The notes beneath the pieces were generated by a model. That model made no database searches and was not told the DNA's origin. It worked only from the letters and a program-made list of their open reading frames with translations. Below, piece by piece: positions 50,892-60,825 of a DNA stretch of 64,000 nt. The stretch's first letter is position 1; each line of letters opens with the position of its first letter. Location of the stretch: IMG/VR virus record IMGVR_UViG_3300042566_001780, positions 227,688 through 291,687 of that record, one strand, 5' to 3'. Both the position numbers and the translations under genes were made by a program.

Positions 50892-51751
50892 CTTCACAAA
50901 CTTTCGAATATAATCTCCTCAACCTGTATCATGACATTCTTCAGAATGGCGATGAGCGAATTGATCGCACGGGCGTAGGCACTCTTTCAGTTTTTGGTCG
51001 ACAACTTCGAATCAATCTTCAAGATGGATTTCCGTTAGTCACTACTAAGAAGATGGGATTTAAGTCCATTCTGGCAGAACTTCTTTGGTTCATTGAAGGT
51101 AGCTGCGATGAGCGCCGCCTTGCAGAAATTCTACATGGGACACGTGATGTGTCCAAGAAAACTATCTGGACTGCAAATGCCGAAGCTCCATACTGGAAGT
51201 CTAAAGCAAATTTTGAAGGTGATTTAGGTCGCGTGTATGGTGTGCAATGGCGTACATGGCATGGTCATGATGATGTTTATGTTGATCAACTCCAAAATAT
51301 CATTAATACCCTCAAGACAGACCCAACAAATCGCCGCATGATTTTATCTGCATGGAACGTAGGTGAGCTTGACATGATGGCACTTCCGCCGTGCCATATG
51401 TTTGCGCAGTTTTTTGTGTCACAGAAAAAACTGTCATGTCAAATGTATCAGCGCTCAGTTGATAGTTTCTTAGGTCTCCCATATAACATCTCATCTTATG
51501 CACTGCTCACGCATATCATTGCAAAGATCTGTGATCTAGAAGCTGGTGAGCTTATTATGTGTCTTGGCGATACTCACATCTACAAGAATCACATTGACCA
51601 AGTCAAACAACAAATTGCTCGTACGCCATTTGAATTGTCGAAGCTTTCTATTTCTGATAGCATAAAAAGTCTTGATGATCTGAAGATGGAACATTTTTCT
51701 ATTACTGATTATCAATATCATCCTGCTATAGTTGCTGAAATGGCAGTGTGA
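50888..51751 (+). CDS. thyA: Thymidylate synthase
   Basis: DRTGVGT, YGVQWR, MALPPCH, YQRSVD.FLGLPYN, GDTHIY.NH. Confidence 0.95.
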   Translation: MTSQTFEYNLLNLYHDILQNGDERIDRTGVGTLSVFGRQLRINLQDGFPLVTTKKMGFKSILAELLWFIEGSCDERRLAEILHGTRDVSKKTIWTANAEAPYWKSKANFEGDLGRVYGVQWRTWHGHDDVYVDQLQNIINTLKTDPTNRRMILSAWNVGELDMMALPPCHMFAQFFVSQKKLSCQMYQRSVDSFLGLPYNISSYALLTHIIAKICDLEAGELIMCLGDTHIYKNHIDQVKQQIARTPFELSKLSISDSIKSLDDLKMEHFSITDYQYHPAIVAEMAV

Positions 51752-51752
51752 A

Positions 51753-52470
51753 ATGACTTCACAAATTTCATTTTATCGGTATATACGATATCATAAGTTT
51801 GATCCAATACGCGGGGAACTACGTGTAAATCCAAATGGCGGAGTAGCTTTAGGTTTTATTCAACGTGATGATTATCTTCAGTTTGTGTTCACTAGGTGCC
51901 ATCTTGATGATCGCTTTTCCAAACTCACTGCAAAAAACCGGCTAGAAGCCAGGGCCAGAGCCATAAATTTGCGAGGCGAAAAATATTTTTCTGCATGCGG
52001 ACCAATTGCAGAGAATCGAGATATAATGATTTTGTTGGATGAGATTTTCAAGTTAGAAAAATCATTTATTCCAAATGAGGCAGATAAGACAAGCGTTGAA
52101 CTCAAGAAGTACTTGATGGAATGTGTCAATCAAATTAAGAAAATTCGTGAACACAATGCTGAAGAACGCGCTAAATACGATGAATGGATACAGCTGCGTA
52201 GAGCACTTGACTTTAAATCCCTATACGCAAAGGGGATGCCGGCTGTAATGTTAATTGATTGAACTTCTAAAACTTGAAATGGAAACTCGTACTTCAAAAC
52301 CTGCTTATATGGAAAAAGACAATCTGACTCGTAAGAATAATGCTGCTCATAAAGCGCATGTTCGAAGCATCAAAGAGAGTCAACAGGCATCATATTTTGC
52401 TGACGAATATGATGATGACGAACTGGATGAATATTCCATTAAGTTTGAGCCGGTGAAAGACGAAGACTAA
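51753..52470 (+). other. Two hypothetical ORFs (51753-52262, 52255-52470)
   Basis: Coupled to thyA; no recognisable motif. Confidence 0.55.
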
Positions 52471-52489
52471 TTCATTTCTGCCCTAATGA

Positions 52490-52520
52490 AAAGGACTACA
52501 TGTCAAAGTGTAGTCCTTTT
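52490..52520 (+). terminator. Intrinsic terminator
   Basis: AAAGGACTACA/TGTAGTCCTTTT. Confidence 0.7.
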
Positions 52521-52534
52521 GTTTTGCTTGAATG

Positions 52535-52569
52535 AAAGTTCAAAGTTCAAAGTTCAAAGTTCAAAGTTC
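52535..52569. repeat. Tandem heptamer (AAAGTTC)x5
   Basis: Directly visible, in the longest intergenic gap. Confidence 0.9.
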
Positions 52570-52915
52570 AACTTGAGAGAAGATCTTAAAGAGAAAAAGA
52601 AGGCTCAGCCGTCAGCCGCGGTGCGATTTATAGGCATTATGGGGCAAATAAGCTTTTGCACAGAGCAGTGGCAAATAAGAACAGTACGTAGTAGCAAATA
52701 AGAAAATCACTTTCAATTTCTCTAAAATCAGCAGCTCCGGATTCACCAGAGGCGCTCAGGGACACCAACATCATAAAGACATATGGTACCTTATCCGAGT
52801 CAAGAAACACTCCTGAGGCCTTTTTAGTGACTTCCATAATTTTTGCGCAAGTTTTTTCTGCAACAGAAAAATTAGTGTACAATCACTCCATTCAAACTTC
52901 AACCTAGAAACCATC

Positions 52916-54082
52916 ATGTTCCCGAAGATCGAAACCATCCAAGACTTTCAACCCAAGATTGACGGTAACAAGCAGATTCGAGTTAAAACCGTTGAATCTG
53001 GAATTGCTGCTGGATTCACTGTCATCTGCTACATGGTTCAGGATGAAGATACCTTTGCAGGATCCAATCAAGAATTCGAAAAAGAATGTCGTGGCATTGT
53101 GTTTGGTCCTGGCGGCCAGCTGGCCGCCCGCACTATGCAAAAGTTTTTCAACATTGGTGAAAAACCTGAGACAATGCCTGAAAATATCAAATGGCAAGAT
53201 GTTGTTCGGATCATGATGAAAGTTGATGGATCCATGGTGACGCCAGTTGCTATCTCTAATGAACAATTCAAATTCAAGACGAAGAAGTCTTTTGACACTC
53301 CTGAAGCGGCACTTGCAGATTCCATCACTGCAAAAATTGATGTTGATACTAATGGAGCTGCATCAAAGTTTATTTGGGATTGCGTTTCTAAAGGACTGAC
53401 ACCTACCTTTGAAGTTACTTCTCCGCGATTCCCGATTGTTGTCCACTATCGGACTGATGAACTGACTTTGCTTCATGTTCGCGAAAATGTGAGTGGGCGC
53501 TATTTTTCTGAAGAAGAAATTCTGAAGATGAACTCACCATTTAAGTTGGTTGAAAACAAGATTGCTGATTTCTATAATGATGGAATTCCTGCCAATATTG
53601 TGTCTTGGGAAAAGCTGAAAAAAGCTGCAGAAACTATGGAAGGAATTGAGGGCTGGGTGCTTCAGTTTAAAAATGGTGATATGGTCAAAATGAAGACTGC
53701 ATGGTACATCAACCTGCATCATGCAATCACTTTTGTGCGATATCGTGACGTTGCTCGAGCTATTTTGACTGACACCGCTGATGACTTGAAGGCAGCATTC
53801 AACTTGCTGAAGCGCGATGTGACACCGATTCTCAACATTGAAGGTGTCATCAAAACAGTTGTTTCTGAAATTGAAAGTGCGGTAATGATCGCAGTAAATG
53901 AAGGCAAACAGCTGAACTTCACTGCAAAGGATATGGCGCTGAAATATAAAGTGCATAAACACTTTGGGCTTATTATGAATCAATTCAACGGCAAGGAAAA
54001 TAACTTCTATGAATATTATTTGAAGAATTACATCAATGATTGGACTCTTGAAGTCATCCCAACAACCGTAAATGAAGAATGA
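52916..54082 (+). CDS. RNA ligase 1 (T4 RnlA-like)
   Basis: ECRG, KFFN.GE, KVDGS (motif I), TFE, EGWV, VKMK. Confidence 0.88.
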   Translation: MFPKIETIQDFQPKIDGNKQIRVKTVESGIAAGFTVICYMVQDEDTFAGSNQEFEKECRGIVFGPGGQLAARTMQKFFNIGEKPETMPENIKWQDVVRIMMKVDGSMVTPVAISNEQFKFKTKKSFDTPEAALADSITAKIDVDTNGAASKFIWDCVSKGLTPTFEVTSPRFPIVVHYRTDELTLLHVRENVSGRYFSEEEILKMNSPFKLVENKIADFYNDGIPANIVSWEKLKKAAETMEGIEGWVLQFKNGDMVKMKTAWYINLHHAITFVRYRDVARAILTDTADDLKAAFNLLKRDVTPILNIEGVIKTVVSEIESAVMIAVNEGKQLNFTAKDMALKYKVHKHFGLIMNQFNGKENNFYEYYLKNYINDWTLEVIPTTVNEE

Positions 54083-54612
54083 AAATGCGAAACCCAAATA
54101 ATCTGCAGCACCCACTTTTGACTCGGTTTGAGAAAATCATTTTCTTTAGTCGATGGCTGCAAGCGCCAATGTACGTTGGCCTTATCGTGGCCCAAATTGT
54201 CTATGTCTACAAGTTCATTGTTGAACTAATTCATTTGGTCAGCACGGCTTCTACCTTGAAAGAAACCGAAGTTCTGCTGATTGTTCTAGGATTGGTAGAT
54301 GTCGTGATGGTGGCAAACTTGCTGCTCATGGTGATCGTGGGTGGTTATGAAACTTTTGTCTCACGACTTTATCTTGAAGAACATCCAGATCGGCCCGAGT
54401 GGCTAAGCCATGTTGACGCTGGTGTCTTGAAGATCAAATTGGCTGCAAGTCTAATTACGATCAGCTCAGTTCATTTGCTAAAGACATTCATCAATGCTGA
54501 TAATGTGCCAATGAACACTATCCTTGCGCAACTTGGAATTCATGGAATGTTTCTGCTATCAGCTTACACTTTGGCATCAACAGAAAAATTGTTGAAAAAT
54601 AATCGACATTGA
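54079..54612 (+). CDS. YqhA/UPF0114 membrane protein
   Basis: SRWLQAPMYVGL, GGYETFVSRL, RPEWLSHVDAG.LKIKLA, SSVHLLKTF. Confidence 0.85.
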   Translation: MKMRNPNNLQHPLLTRFEKIIFFSRWLQAPMYVGLIVAQIVYVYKFIVELIHLVSTASTLKETEVLLIVLGLVDVVMVANLLLMVIVGGYETFVSRLYLEEHPDRPEWLSHVDAGVLKIKLAASLITISSVHLLKTFINADNVPMNTILAQLGIHGMFLLSAYTLASTEKLLKNNRH

Positions 54613-54637
54613 AAAAGGGGGATTATTCCCCCTTTTT
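54613..54637. terminator. Bidirectional terminator
   Basis: AAAAGGGGGA-TTAT-TCCCCCTTTT between convergent genes. Confidence 0.75.
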
Positions 54638-55377
54638 CATTTCTTCGTCTTTGGATCTGGACTATCTAAATGGATAAGAAGTTCCCTAACAAGTTCTGAG
54701 CGTTGAACATCAGAATTGCCAAATTCAACAATGTTAATAAGACGCGATTTGCCACGAACTTTACGAATAATCCAATCAAGACCATGTTCTTCAATCCCAA
54801 GCTTGTTGAAGTTCAAGTCACATTGAGATGGGTCACCATTTACCACAAACGTCGAATAATCACCGGCACGAGTGACAAATAATTTCATTTCTTGCGGCGT
54901 GGCGTTCTGGCTCTCATCGAGTATAACATATGAGTTCCGAAAGGTTCTTCCACGCATGAAGGACAACGGAGCAAATTCAATTTTGCCTGCATCAAGAAGT
55001 TTTTTGGCCATAGTTGGACCAACTAATTCTTCAGTAGCATCTAAAAGAGGCTTTAGATATGGAGCGATCTTTGAATCTAAATCTCCCGGTAAAAACCCGA
55101 GAGATTGACCTGCTTCAACTGCTGGTCTAGTCAATACCACTTTTTGGACATCTCCAGCCAGCAATCGCTCCATTGCTACGGCCATAGCTAAAAATGATTT
55201 ACCAGAACCTGCTGGGCCACTTCCGATTGTAAGTGGCGAATTTCTCAACGACTCAAGATACATTTCTTGAGCAAAAGATTTAGGCTGTGGCACAAAGCGA
55301 AGTTTGATAACTTTGTTTCCTTCTTCTTTTATTGGTTGTGGATACTTGTTTTCACGATTTAGTAATTTGCGACCCAT
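54637..55377 (-). CDS. phoH: PhoH-like ATPase
   Basis: GPAGSGKS, LTRPAVEAG, GFLPGD, FMRGRT, ILDESQN, GDPSQCD. Confidence 0.92.
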   Translation of the reverse strand: MGRKLLNRENKYPQPIKEEGNKVIKLRFVPQPKSFAQEMYLESLRNSPLTIGSGPAGSGKSFLAMAVAMERLLAGDVQKVVLTRPAVEAGQSLGFLPGDLDSKIAPYLKPLLDATEELVGPTMAKKLLDAGKIEFAPLSFMRGRTFRNSYVILDESQNATPQEMKLFVTRAGDYSTFVVNGDPSQCDLNFNKLGIEEHGLDWIIRKVRGKSRLINIVEFGNSDVQRSELVRELLIHLDSPDPKTKK

Positions 55378-55572
55378 TAAAATCCTCCTACAGGATTGGT
55401 CAAATTGTTAAGAATGTACTCTGAGTAAGTACAGAGGTTCTCTCGAGGAGAACATACGAAAAAGCCCGCTTAACACCACTGATGAATAATGCTGCACGCG
55501 AATGAAATACCGTGCCATAGTGTAGGAAAAGTGTGTAAGCGGGCTTATGAAAATCATAAAGCCTAGACAATA

Positions 55573-55968
55573 TTAGTCTTGCTTTTTGACAACATAACGA
55601 ATCCAATCAGCAACATTCATCTGCTGATTATGAAGTAAACATTCACCTGCCTCAAGACACCAAAGTAGATATTCTGCTAATTCTACTTGATCAATTGGGT
55701 CTAACATCTCGATGTAGGAACGAGTTGCAGATGAAGTAGCTTCGGAACCGGGTAATACAGGATTTTCAAATTGAAGATCAGCGCTCTTCAAACCATTTTT
55801 GAAAAACTCTGCAACTCTAGCAATAACTAAAGTTTGATATGCATTAGTAATTTGGCCGGATTTAACGACTTCTTTAAGGGTTAAGTCCACTAGCTGTGGA
55901 GCATGACCTGGAGCCCCATAGCATTTTTCATTTTCAGTTAATGAAGAAACAAGTTGATGTAATTTCAT
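55573..55968 (-). CDS. Hypothetical late protein with capsid-targeting-like leader
   Basis: Starts MKLHQLVSSLTE; in the operon behind CTAAATA 56537-56543 (-). Confidence 0.6.
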   Translation of the reverse strand: MKLHQLVSSLTENEKCYGAPGHAPQLVDLTLKEVVKSGQITNAYQTLVIARVAEFFKNGLKSADLQFENPVLPGSEATSSATRSYIEMLDPIDQVELAEYLLWCLEAGECLLHNQQMNVADWIRYVVKKQD

Positions 55969-55993
55969 AAGATGTTTGCTAGTTTTAGACTAT

Positions 55994-56457
55994 TTAAGCT
56001 TTTCCGCTAATTTTCAATGAAATTAATTGATCTAACTCAGCAATACCTTGCTCTAACGGTTTTACGTAAGCGGGGTTTCTTCGCGCCATTAACATTCGAT
56101 CGTATAGAACATTTTTAGTTTTAATTAATTCGTCAAATGATAAATTGACCCAAGTGTCTTTTGGCGCTATAGTAACTACAGGTTCATCAACGTAGTTCAA
56201 TGGTAAATCTCCCATCCTTGAATAGCTTCTAATTTATTATGTACATGCTGGACCAAATTGAAAATTTCAACTGGAAGATCTACTTCTAAGAGCAGTTGAA
56301 AAGTTTCGTAGCATTCCATTATTAGATCTTCAATGTCTTCTTCATCTGGTACAAATTCTGGTGGAGATGACAAATCGTGAAGATCATGTGGACGCTCTTC
56401 CTCAATTTGTTCAAGAAGTTCCTGAACATCTTCTAGTTCATCTTCAATTTTGCGCAT
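55994..56457 (-). other. Two small hypothetical ORFs (55994-56215; acidic 56197-56457)
   Basis: Coupled ORFs on the minus strand. Confidence 0.55.
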
Positions 56458-56484
56458 GATGATCCTCAGAAAGTAAGCCACCAT

Positions 56485-56543
56485 CTAAATAGAAGTAGCA
56501 TATAGATCAACATGAAAGCTGACCATGATCTATATCTATTTAG
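56485..56543. promoter_or_regulatory. Face-to-face late promoters with a central 10-bp inverted repeat
   Basis: CTAAATA + at 56485-56491 and - at 56537-56543; ATATAGATCA/TGATCTATAT at 56500-56535. Confidence 0.6.
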
Positions 56544-56579
56544 CTTTTTCAGTCAGCGGAAACATAGGAATTATCAATC

Positions 56580-58727
56580 ATGTCTTATAGCTTATTTTGG
56601 AGAGATACTAGTTTACCATTCACGCAGAAACAGGTAGCTATTGATGTACCTGCAGGTTCAACTGTATCTACTGCAGCATCACTTAGATTTACTGGTAAGG
56701 GTGCTGCTAACTACGGTAAAGTACAACAAGAAAACTTGATGCGCCTACTTGAGAATTTTGCATCAGGCACGTCTCCAGAAAATCCGACTGTGGGTCAACT
56801 TTGGTTTGATACATCTATATCAACCTTAAAAGTTTGTGTAGCTACAGCACCATCTCCTGTTAGCTGGAGAACCATTAAAACAACACAAATTGGTGAAATA
56901 GGAGAAGCCCCTCCATCACCTGCGGCTTTAGGTGATTCGTGGTTCTCTAAAACTGGATCATCATCAGGATTTGGTTATCACTACACCGGGCTTGGCAGAT
57001 TCCCACAGACCAATTGGACCTCAACTGGTTATTATCCAACGACTAACACCACAACACTTGGTGCAAAAATCAATTCTTCTGCTTTTAATAATGCTCCAGG
57101 TACAAATCCTGGAGAAGCATATATCCATGGATACGTATCAGGTGTCGGCGCAGATGTTGATGGTAGTGTTACTTTTAACGGCACCTCTATCACATTACTC
57201 AAAGGTGTATTGAACACAACATTCCCAACACCAGTAGACCAATTTGCATTTATCATGTATGATAGATCGCAGTCATTACTTGCTGGCACATCTTATTTTA
57301 CGGCATTCAAGGACGCATCTGGACAGTGGTTTTATGATCGTTTTGGAAGTTCAACCAACTGGACTGCATTTACACCAAGTACTGTAGCAGATAATGAGCA
57401 AATCATCATAGGTACTTTAGTAGTGGCTGATATTGATGCTACCACATCTACAGGTATTACATCTTTAACTTTGTGGAATGAGGCAAAGTATTTGGCTGAT
57501 GTTGAACATGTGCCAGCAACATTAATTAACGGCTCGATTGGCGGATGGCAACAATATTCCCCAAATACCTTAGTAGTTGCTGGAAGATATGAATATGATT
57601 TAGCTTTGCAGAAACTTCTAAAGTTAATTGGGGATACATTTATTAATGGTGGATCTGGCGCATATGATCTATTCCTTAAAAATCGTTTAACTCCATTCAA
57701 TACATTAGATGCAAGTTTGAGCGCCGCATGGAAATCAAGAACACCTGTAGATACCAATGTTGCAACTAATACCCCTGCAGGGTTAGAACTACTCCGTGTT
57801 CAGCCAACTTCCCAAGATTGGGACAAATTATTAGCTATTGCAAAATGGGCAATAGATCGCTATGAGCTGCCAAACGGATTTGCTTCTAATGTGCCAGATG
57901 TTCCGTTTGTTCAAGATGGATTGCCGATGGACAGTGCGACAGCAGCAAACTATGGAATTCCTCATGGTAGAAATATTGCGCTAAGCACTGTTGGGCAAAT
58001 TAGTCTAGCACGTATGTACCAAGAATGCCTAAACATTTTAGAAGCTGCAGTGTCAAAGCGTTATGTTTTGAAAGGTCTTTTAGGACAATCGGGGGTTAAC
58101 ACTGATTTTGGTGATAATGTTGAAGTAACAGGTCACGTTAGTTATTCTGCTAACGTGACTGGAGCTCCCCTTACTGCTAATCCTTTTACTGGATTGCGAT
58201 TCCAATTCGCAGCAAATGAAATGCACCGCTTCTTTACTTCAGGTCAGGCTATTGAGATCGTGTTTACCCATAATCCTGGTGTTACACCCACAGCTTCTGA
58301 CATTGAATTGAAGAGTATTACTGATAATAGTGGTAGAGCTCGGTTCACTATGGACAAGTTCTATACAATGACTTCATCTGCGACTCCGTCATTAAGTGCG
58401 CCGCCAGTAGATGGTGGATTTAGTCTAATCAATGGAACTATAAATGCTAGCGTGGTGCAAACATTTGCAACATATTCTGTTGGGAGTTCAACTATTAGTG
58501 TTAGAGCGCAACGCGGCTTTGCAAATGCCAATTCTATAGACTTTTATGTGTACGTGAATACGGCATCATCTACTACCGGAACCTTCGATATCTCGTGGAA
58601 CTGGGTGAATGATACTGAAGAATACATGGACACGGTTTCTACCAGAATTTATCCTGAACCAGCAGCTTTCGAAGTATCGCATAAGCTTGGTTCTACTCTA
58701 TGGACTGCATCAATACCGGTCACTTAA
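56580..58727 (+). CDS. Virion structural protein (baseplate/tail-associated)
   Basis: G.G..NYG...QEN...LLENFA....P.NP..GQLWFD N-terminal motif typical of jumbo-phage structural proteins; Thr/Ser-rich; late promoter. Confidence 0.75.
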   Translation: MSYSLFWRDTSLPFTQKQVAIDVPAGSTVSTAASLRFTGKGAANYGKVQQENLMRLLENFASGTSPENPTVGQLWFDTSISTLKVCVATAPSPVSWRTIKTTQIGEIGEAPPSPAALGDSWFSKTGSSSGFGYHYTGLGRFPQTNWTSTGYYPTTNTTTLGAKINSSAFNNAPGTNPGEAYIHGYVSGVGADVDGSVTFNGTSITLLKGVLNTTFPTPVDQFAFIMYDRSQSLLAGTSYFTAFKDASGQWFYDRFGSSTNWTAFTPSTVADNEQIIIGTLVVADIDATTSTGITSLTLWNEAKYLADVEHVPATLINGSIGGWQQYSPNTLVVAGRYEYDLALQKLLKLIGDTFINGGSGAYDLFLKNRLTPFNTLDASLSAAWKSRTPVDTNVATNTPAGLELLRVQPTSQDWDKLLAIAKWAIDRYELPNGFASNVPDVPFVQDGLPMDSATAANYGIPHGRNIALSTVGQISLARMYQECLNILEAAVSKRYVLKGLLGQSGVNTDFGDNVEVTGHVSYSANVTGAPLTANPFTGLRFQFAANEMHRFFTSGQAIEIVFTHNPGVTPTASDIELKSITDNSGRARFTMDKFYTMTSSATPSLSAPPVDGGFSLINGTINASVVQTFATYSVGSSTISVRAQRGFANANSIDFYVYVNTASSTTGTFDISWNWVNDTEEYMDTVSTRIYPEPAAFEVSHKLGSTLWTASIPVT

Positions 58728-58730
58728 TCA

Positions 58731-58755
58731 TTTTGGGATCCAACGGATCCCAAAA
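58731..58755. terminator. Hairpin TTTTGGGATCC-AAC-GGATCCCAAAA
   Basis: Perfect 11-bp stem after the structural gene. Confidence 0.6.
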
Positions 58756-58832
58756 GTAAAATTTTGTAACTGTCTCTAGAAGTTCAACATGTTGGTGTAG
58801 AATAACACTACACCAACCACTTTGGAGTTTTT

Positions 58833-59099
58833 ATGAGCCAGCTTCCTCTCATCACTATTGGTCAAATTTACTTGCACCCATCGTACAACGAATACATGGT
58901 GGTGACAAAGTACAATCGTGGTGATGTGAACTTTTCTGGTCCTGGTTTTTCTGGTAAATGCTGGGTTGAAGCATTCTTGCAAAAGTTTCAACCCGTTGAT
59001 CCTGCCGATATCACAGAGGCAGAGAAAACTGTTCTTCTGTCTTTTGGGGTGCCAAACTTGTTGGTTGGTTGGTTTGAACCTTATTGTGAAGAAGATTGA
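58833..59099 (+). CDS. Hypothetical protein
   Basis: GGAG RBS and upstream -10 element. Confidence 0.6.
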   Translation: MSQLPLITIGQIYLHPSYNEYMVVTKYNRGDVNFSGPGFSGKCWVEAFLQKFQPVDPADITEAEKTVLLSFGVPNLLVGWFEPYCEED

Positions 59100-59529
59100 G
59101 ATTCAAACTTGAATTAGTCAACACAAAATTTTCACCATGTAAAATCTTGTAGTTGCTACATTCTTCACATTCTAGATGGAGGGCTTGCTGTTTAGTGAGC
59201 CCTCCATTTATCACTTCAAAGTCAAGAATAATTGCTGTAACTCCGTCATAAAGTTTCGGGTCATACAAAGCCGACTTTCCAGTTCTTGTAGTTGTTTTGC
59301 AGTTTAGGAATTCGCTTTTGTGTTGATGTAGTCTTTGTTCTATTTTCTTCTGGTGACTTTGGCCAATATAGTACCATGTGCTTTTTGGATGAAGATCTAT
59401 TTTTAGCACATAAACAGAAAACATCCCTGGCACATGCTTATCACCCTGAAAAGACGACTGTACTGGGAAAGAAGATAAGAATCTTTTCCAGTCTCTAGAA
59501 ATTTGGTCTAAACAGGGTGGTGCATGCAT
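59011..59529 (-). CDS. GIY-YIG-family endonuclease (free-standing)
   Basis: SVYVL...YYIGQS..IEQRLHQH ... ALHLE ... LTN; CTAAATA at 59535-59541 (-). Confidence 0.72.
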   Translation of the reverse strand: MHAPPCLDQISRDWKRFLSSFPVQSSFQGDKHVPGMFSVYVLKIDLHPKSTWYYIGQSHQKKIEQRLHQHKSEFLNCKTTTRTGKSALYDPKLYDGVTAIILDFEVINGGLTKQQALHLECEECSNYKILHGENFVLTNSSLNLNLLHNKVQTNQPTSLAPQKTEEQFSLPL

Positions 59530-59657
59530 CTTGTTATTTAGCACATAGAATGTTACACTTTTTGCGCAAACTGTTACATTCTCCAACCCAAAAACTTAGG
59601 TTGAGTGTTATATAATTCATTCATCAACAACTCAACCTGTTAAAACGGAGTTTTCAA

Positions 59658-60650
59658 ATGAGCAACACAGCAAAAGTCACCTGGAACGATGCACTGGGCC
59701 GCTGGGAAGCGCTTTTCAATGGTGAAGTTCTGGCTTCTCGTCGGGACTTCAAAGGTGGTATCGATTATCTGCGGAACGCAATTGAAGGCGGTTTCAATCT
59801 TCGTGCAAAGAAATTCAATGTGACGAAGATCGAAATTGTCAATGCTCCTGTTGAAGCAGAGTTTGATGATTCTGATGGCGACGCTCAAATTGCTCGTGAA
59901 CATGAAGTGTTCCCCATCAACGAGCGTTTTGCCATCATGGAAGACTACATTGACATGGTGAGTCAATTCCAATTGGCTTCTACGGTGGTCACTGGCGAAG
60001 GTGGTCTTGGTAAAAGCTACACCGTCATGAAGACACTGTCGGCCAATGGTCTTCGTGATGTTGGTTCGATGGAGCCTGGCGAACGATTCCTTGCTGGCCG
60101 CGGTTATGTGGTGGTCAAAGGGTTCTCTACTGCTAAGGGCCTGTTTCGTACACTGTATGAGAACCGCAACAAGATCGTAGTCTTTGACGATCTGGATTCT
60201 ATCCTGAAGCAAGCTGATGCAGTCAATTTGCTTAAGGCTGCACTCGATTCCTACGATACTCGTATTGTGACGTGGAATTCTGAAAGCTCTTTTGGAGGTG
60301 ATGATGATCTGCCAAAGTCTTTCGAATTCACCGGTGGTGTGATCTTCATCTCCAACTTGCCAAAGCACAAGATTCCCCAAGCAATTCGTAGCCGGGCAAT
60401 GTGTGCAGACGTCAGCATGACTCGCAGTGAAGTTGTTGAGCGTATGCGAGTGATTGCAGTCTCTGAAGAATTCATGCCTGGGTTTGAAGTGGAGCATAAG
60501 CTTGAGGCTCTGGAATTTGTTGCAGAAAATGCACATAATCCGCTCATTACTGAACTGAACCTTCGTTCTTTGGTCAACGTGGTCAAAGCACGTGCTGCAA
60601 AGCCTGATAGCTGGAAACGCCTTGGACTGTACTCGATGATCAACTCTTGA
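59658..60650 (+). CDS. P-loop/AAA ATPase
   Basis: GEGGLGKS, IVVFDDLD, LLKAALDS, FTGGVIFISN, AIRSR. Confidence 0.85.
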   Translation: MSNTAKVTWNDALGRWEALFNGEVLASRRDFKGGIDYLRNAIEGGFNLRAKKFNVTKIEIVNAPVEAEFDDSDGDAQIAREHEVFPINERFAIMEDYIDMVSQFQLASTVVTGEGGLGKSYTVMKTLSANGLRDVGSMEPGERFLAGRGYVVVKGFSTAKGLFRTLYENRNKIVVFDDLDSILKQADAVNLLKAALDSYDTRIVTWNSESSFGGDDDLPKSFEFTGGVIFISNLPKHKIPQAIRSRAMCADVSMTRSEVVERMRVIAVSEEFMPGFEVEHKLEALEFVAENAHNPLITELNLRSLVNVVKARAAKPDSWKRLGLYSMINS

Positions 60651-60669
60651 TCAACACCCACAACTAACG

Positions 60670-60692
60670 AAAGGGACCCTTAGGGTCCCTTT
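60670..60692 (+). terminator. Intrinsic terminator
   Basis: AAAGGGACCCT/AGGGTCCCTTT. Confidence 0.7.
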
Positions 60693-60825
60693 CCATTTGT
60701 GGATGTGCAACTATTCCACAGAGATTTCATGATCACCGGGACTCACCTAATTGATCAGAAAACAATGCTCATGACCTCTACTCGCTAAATAATCAAAATT
60801 AGCATGTGAAAAGGCATTAAGCATA

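Noticed and set aside
52535-52702. Mini-CRISPR array
   Set aside because: Repeats are 7-9 nt, too short, and no cas genes are present
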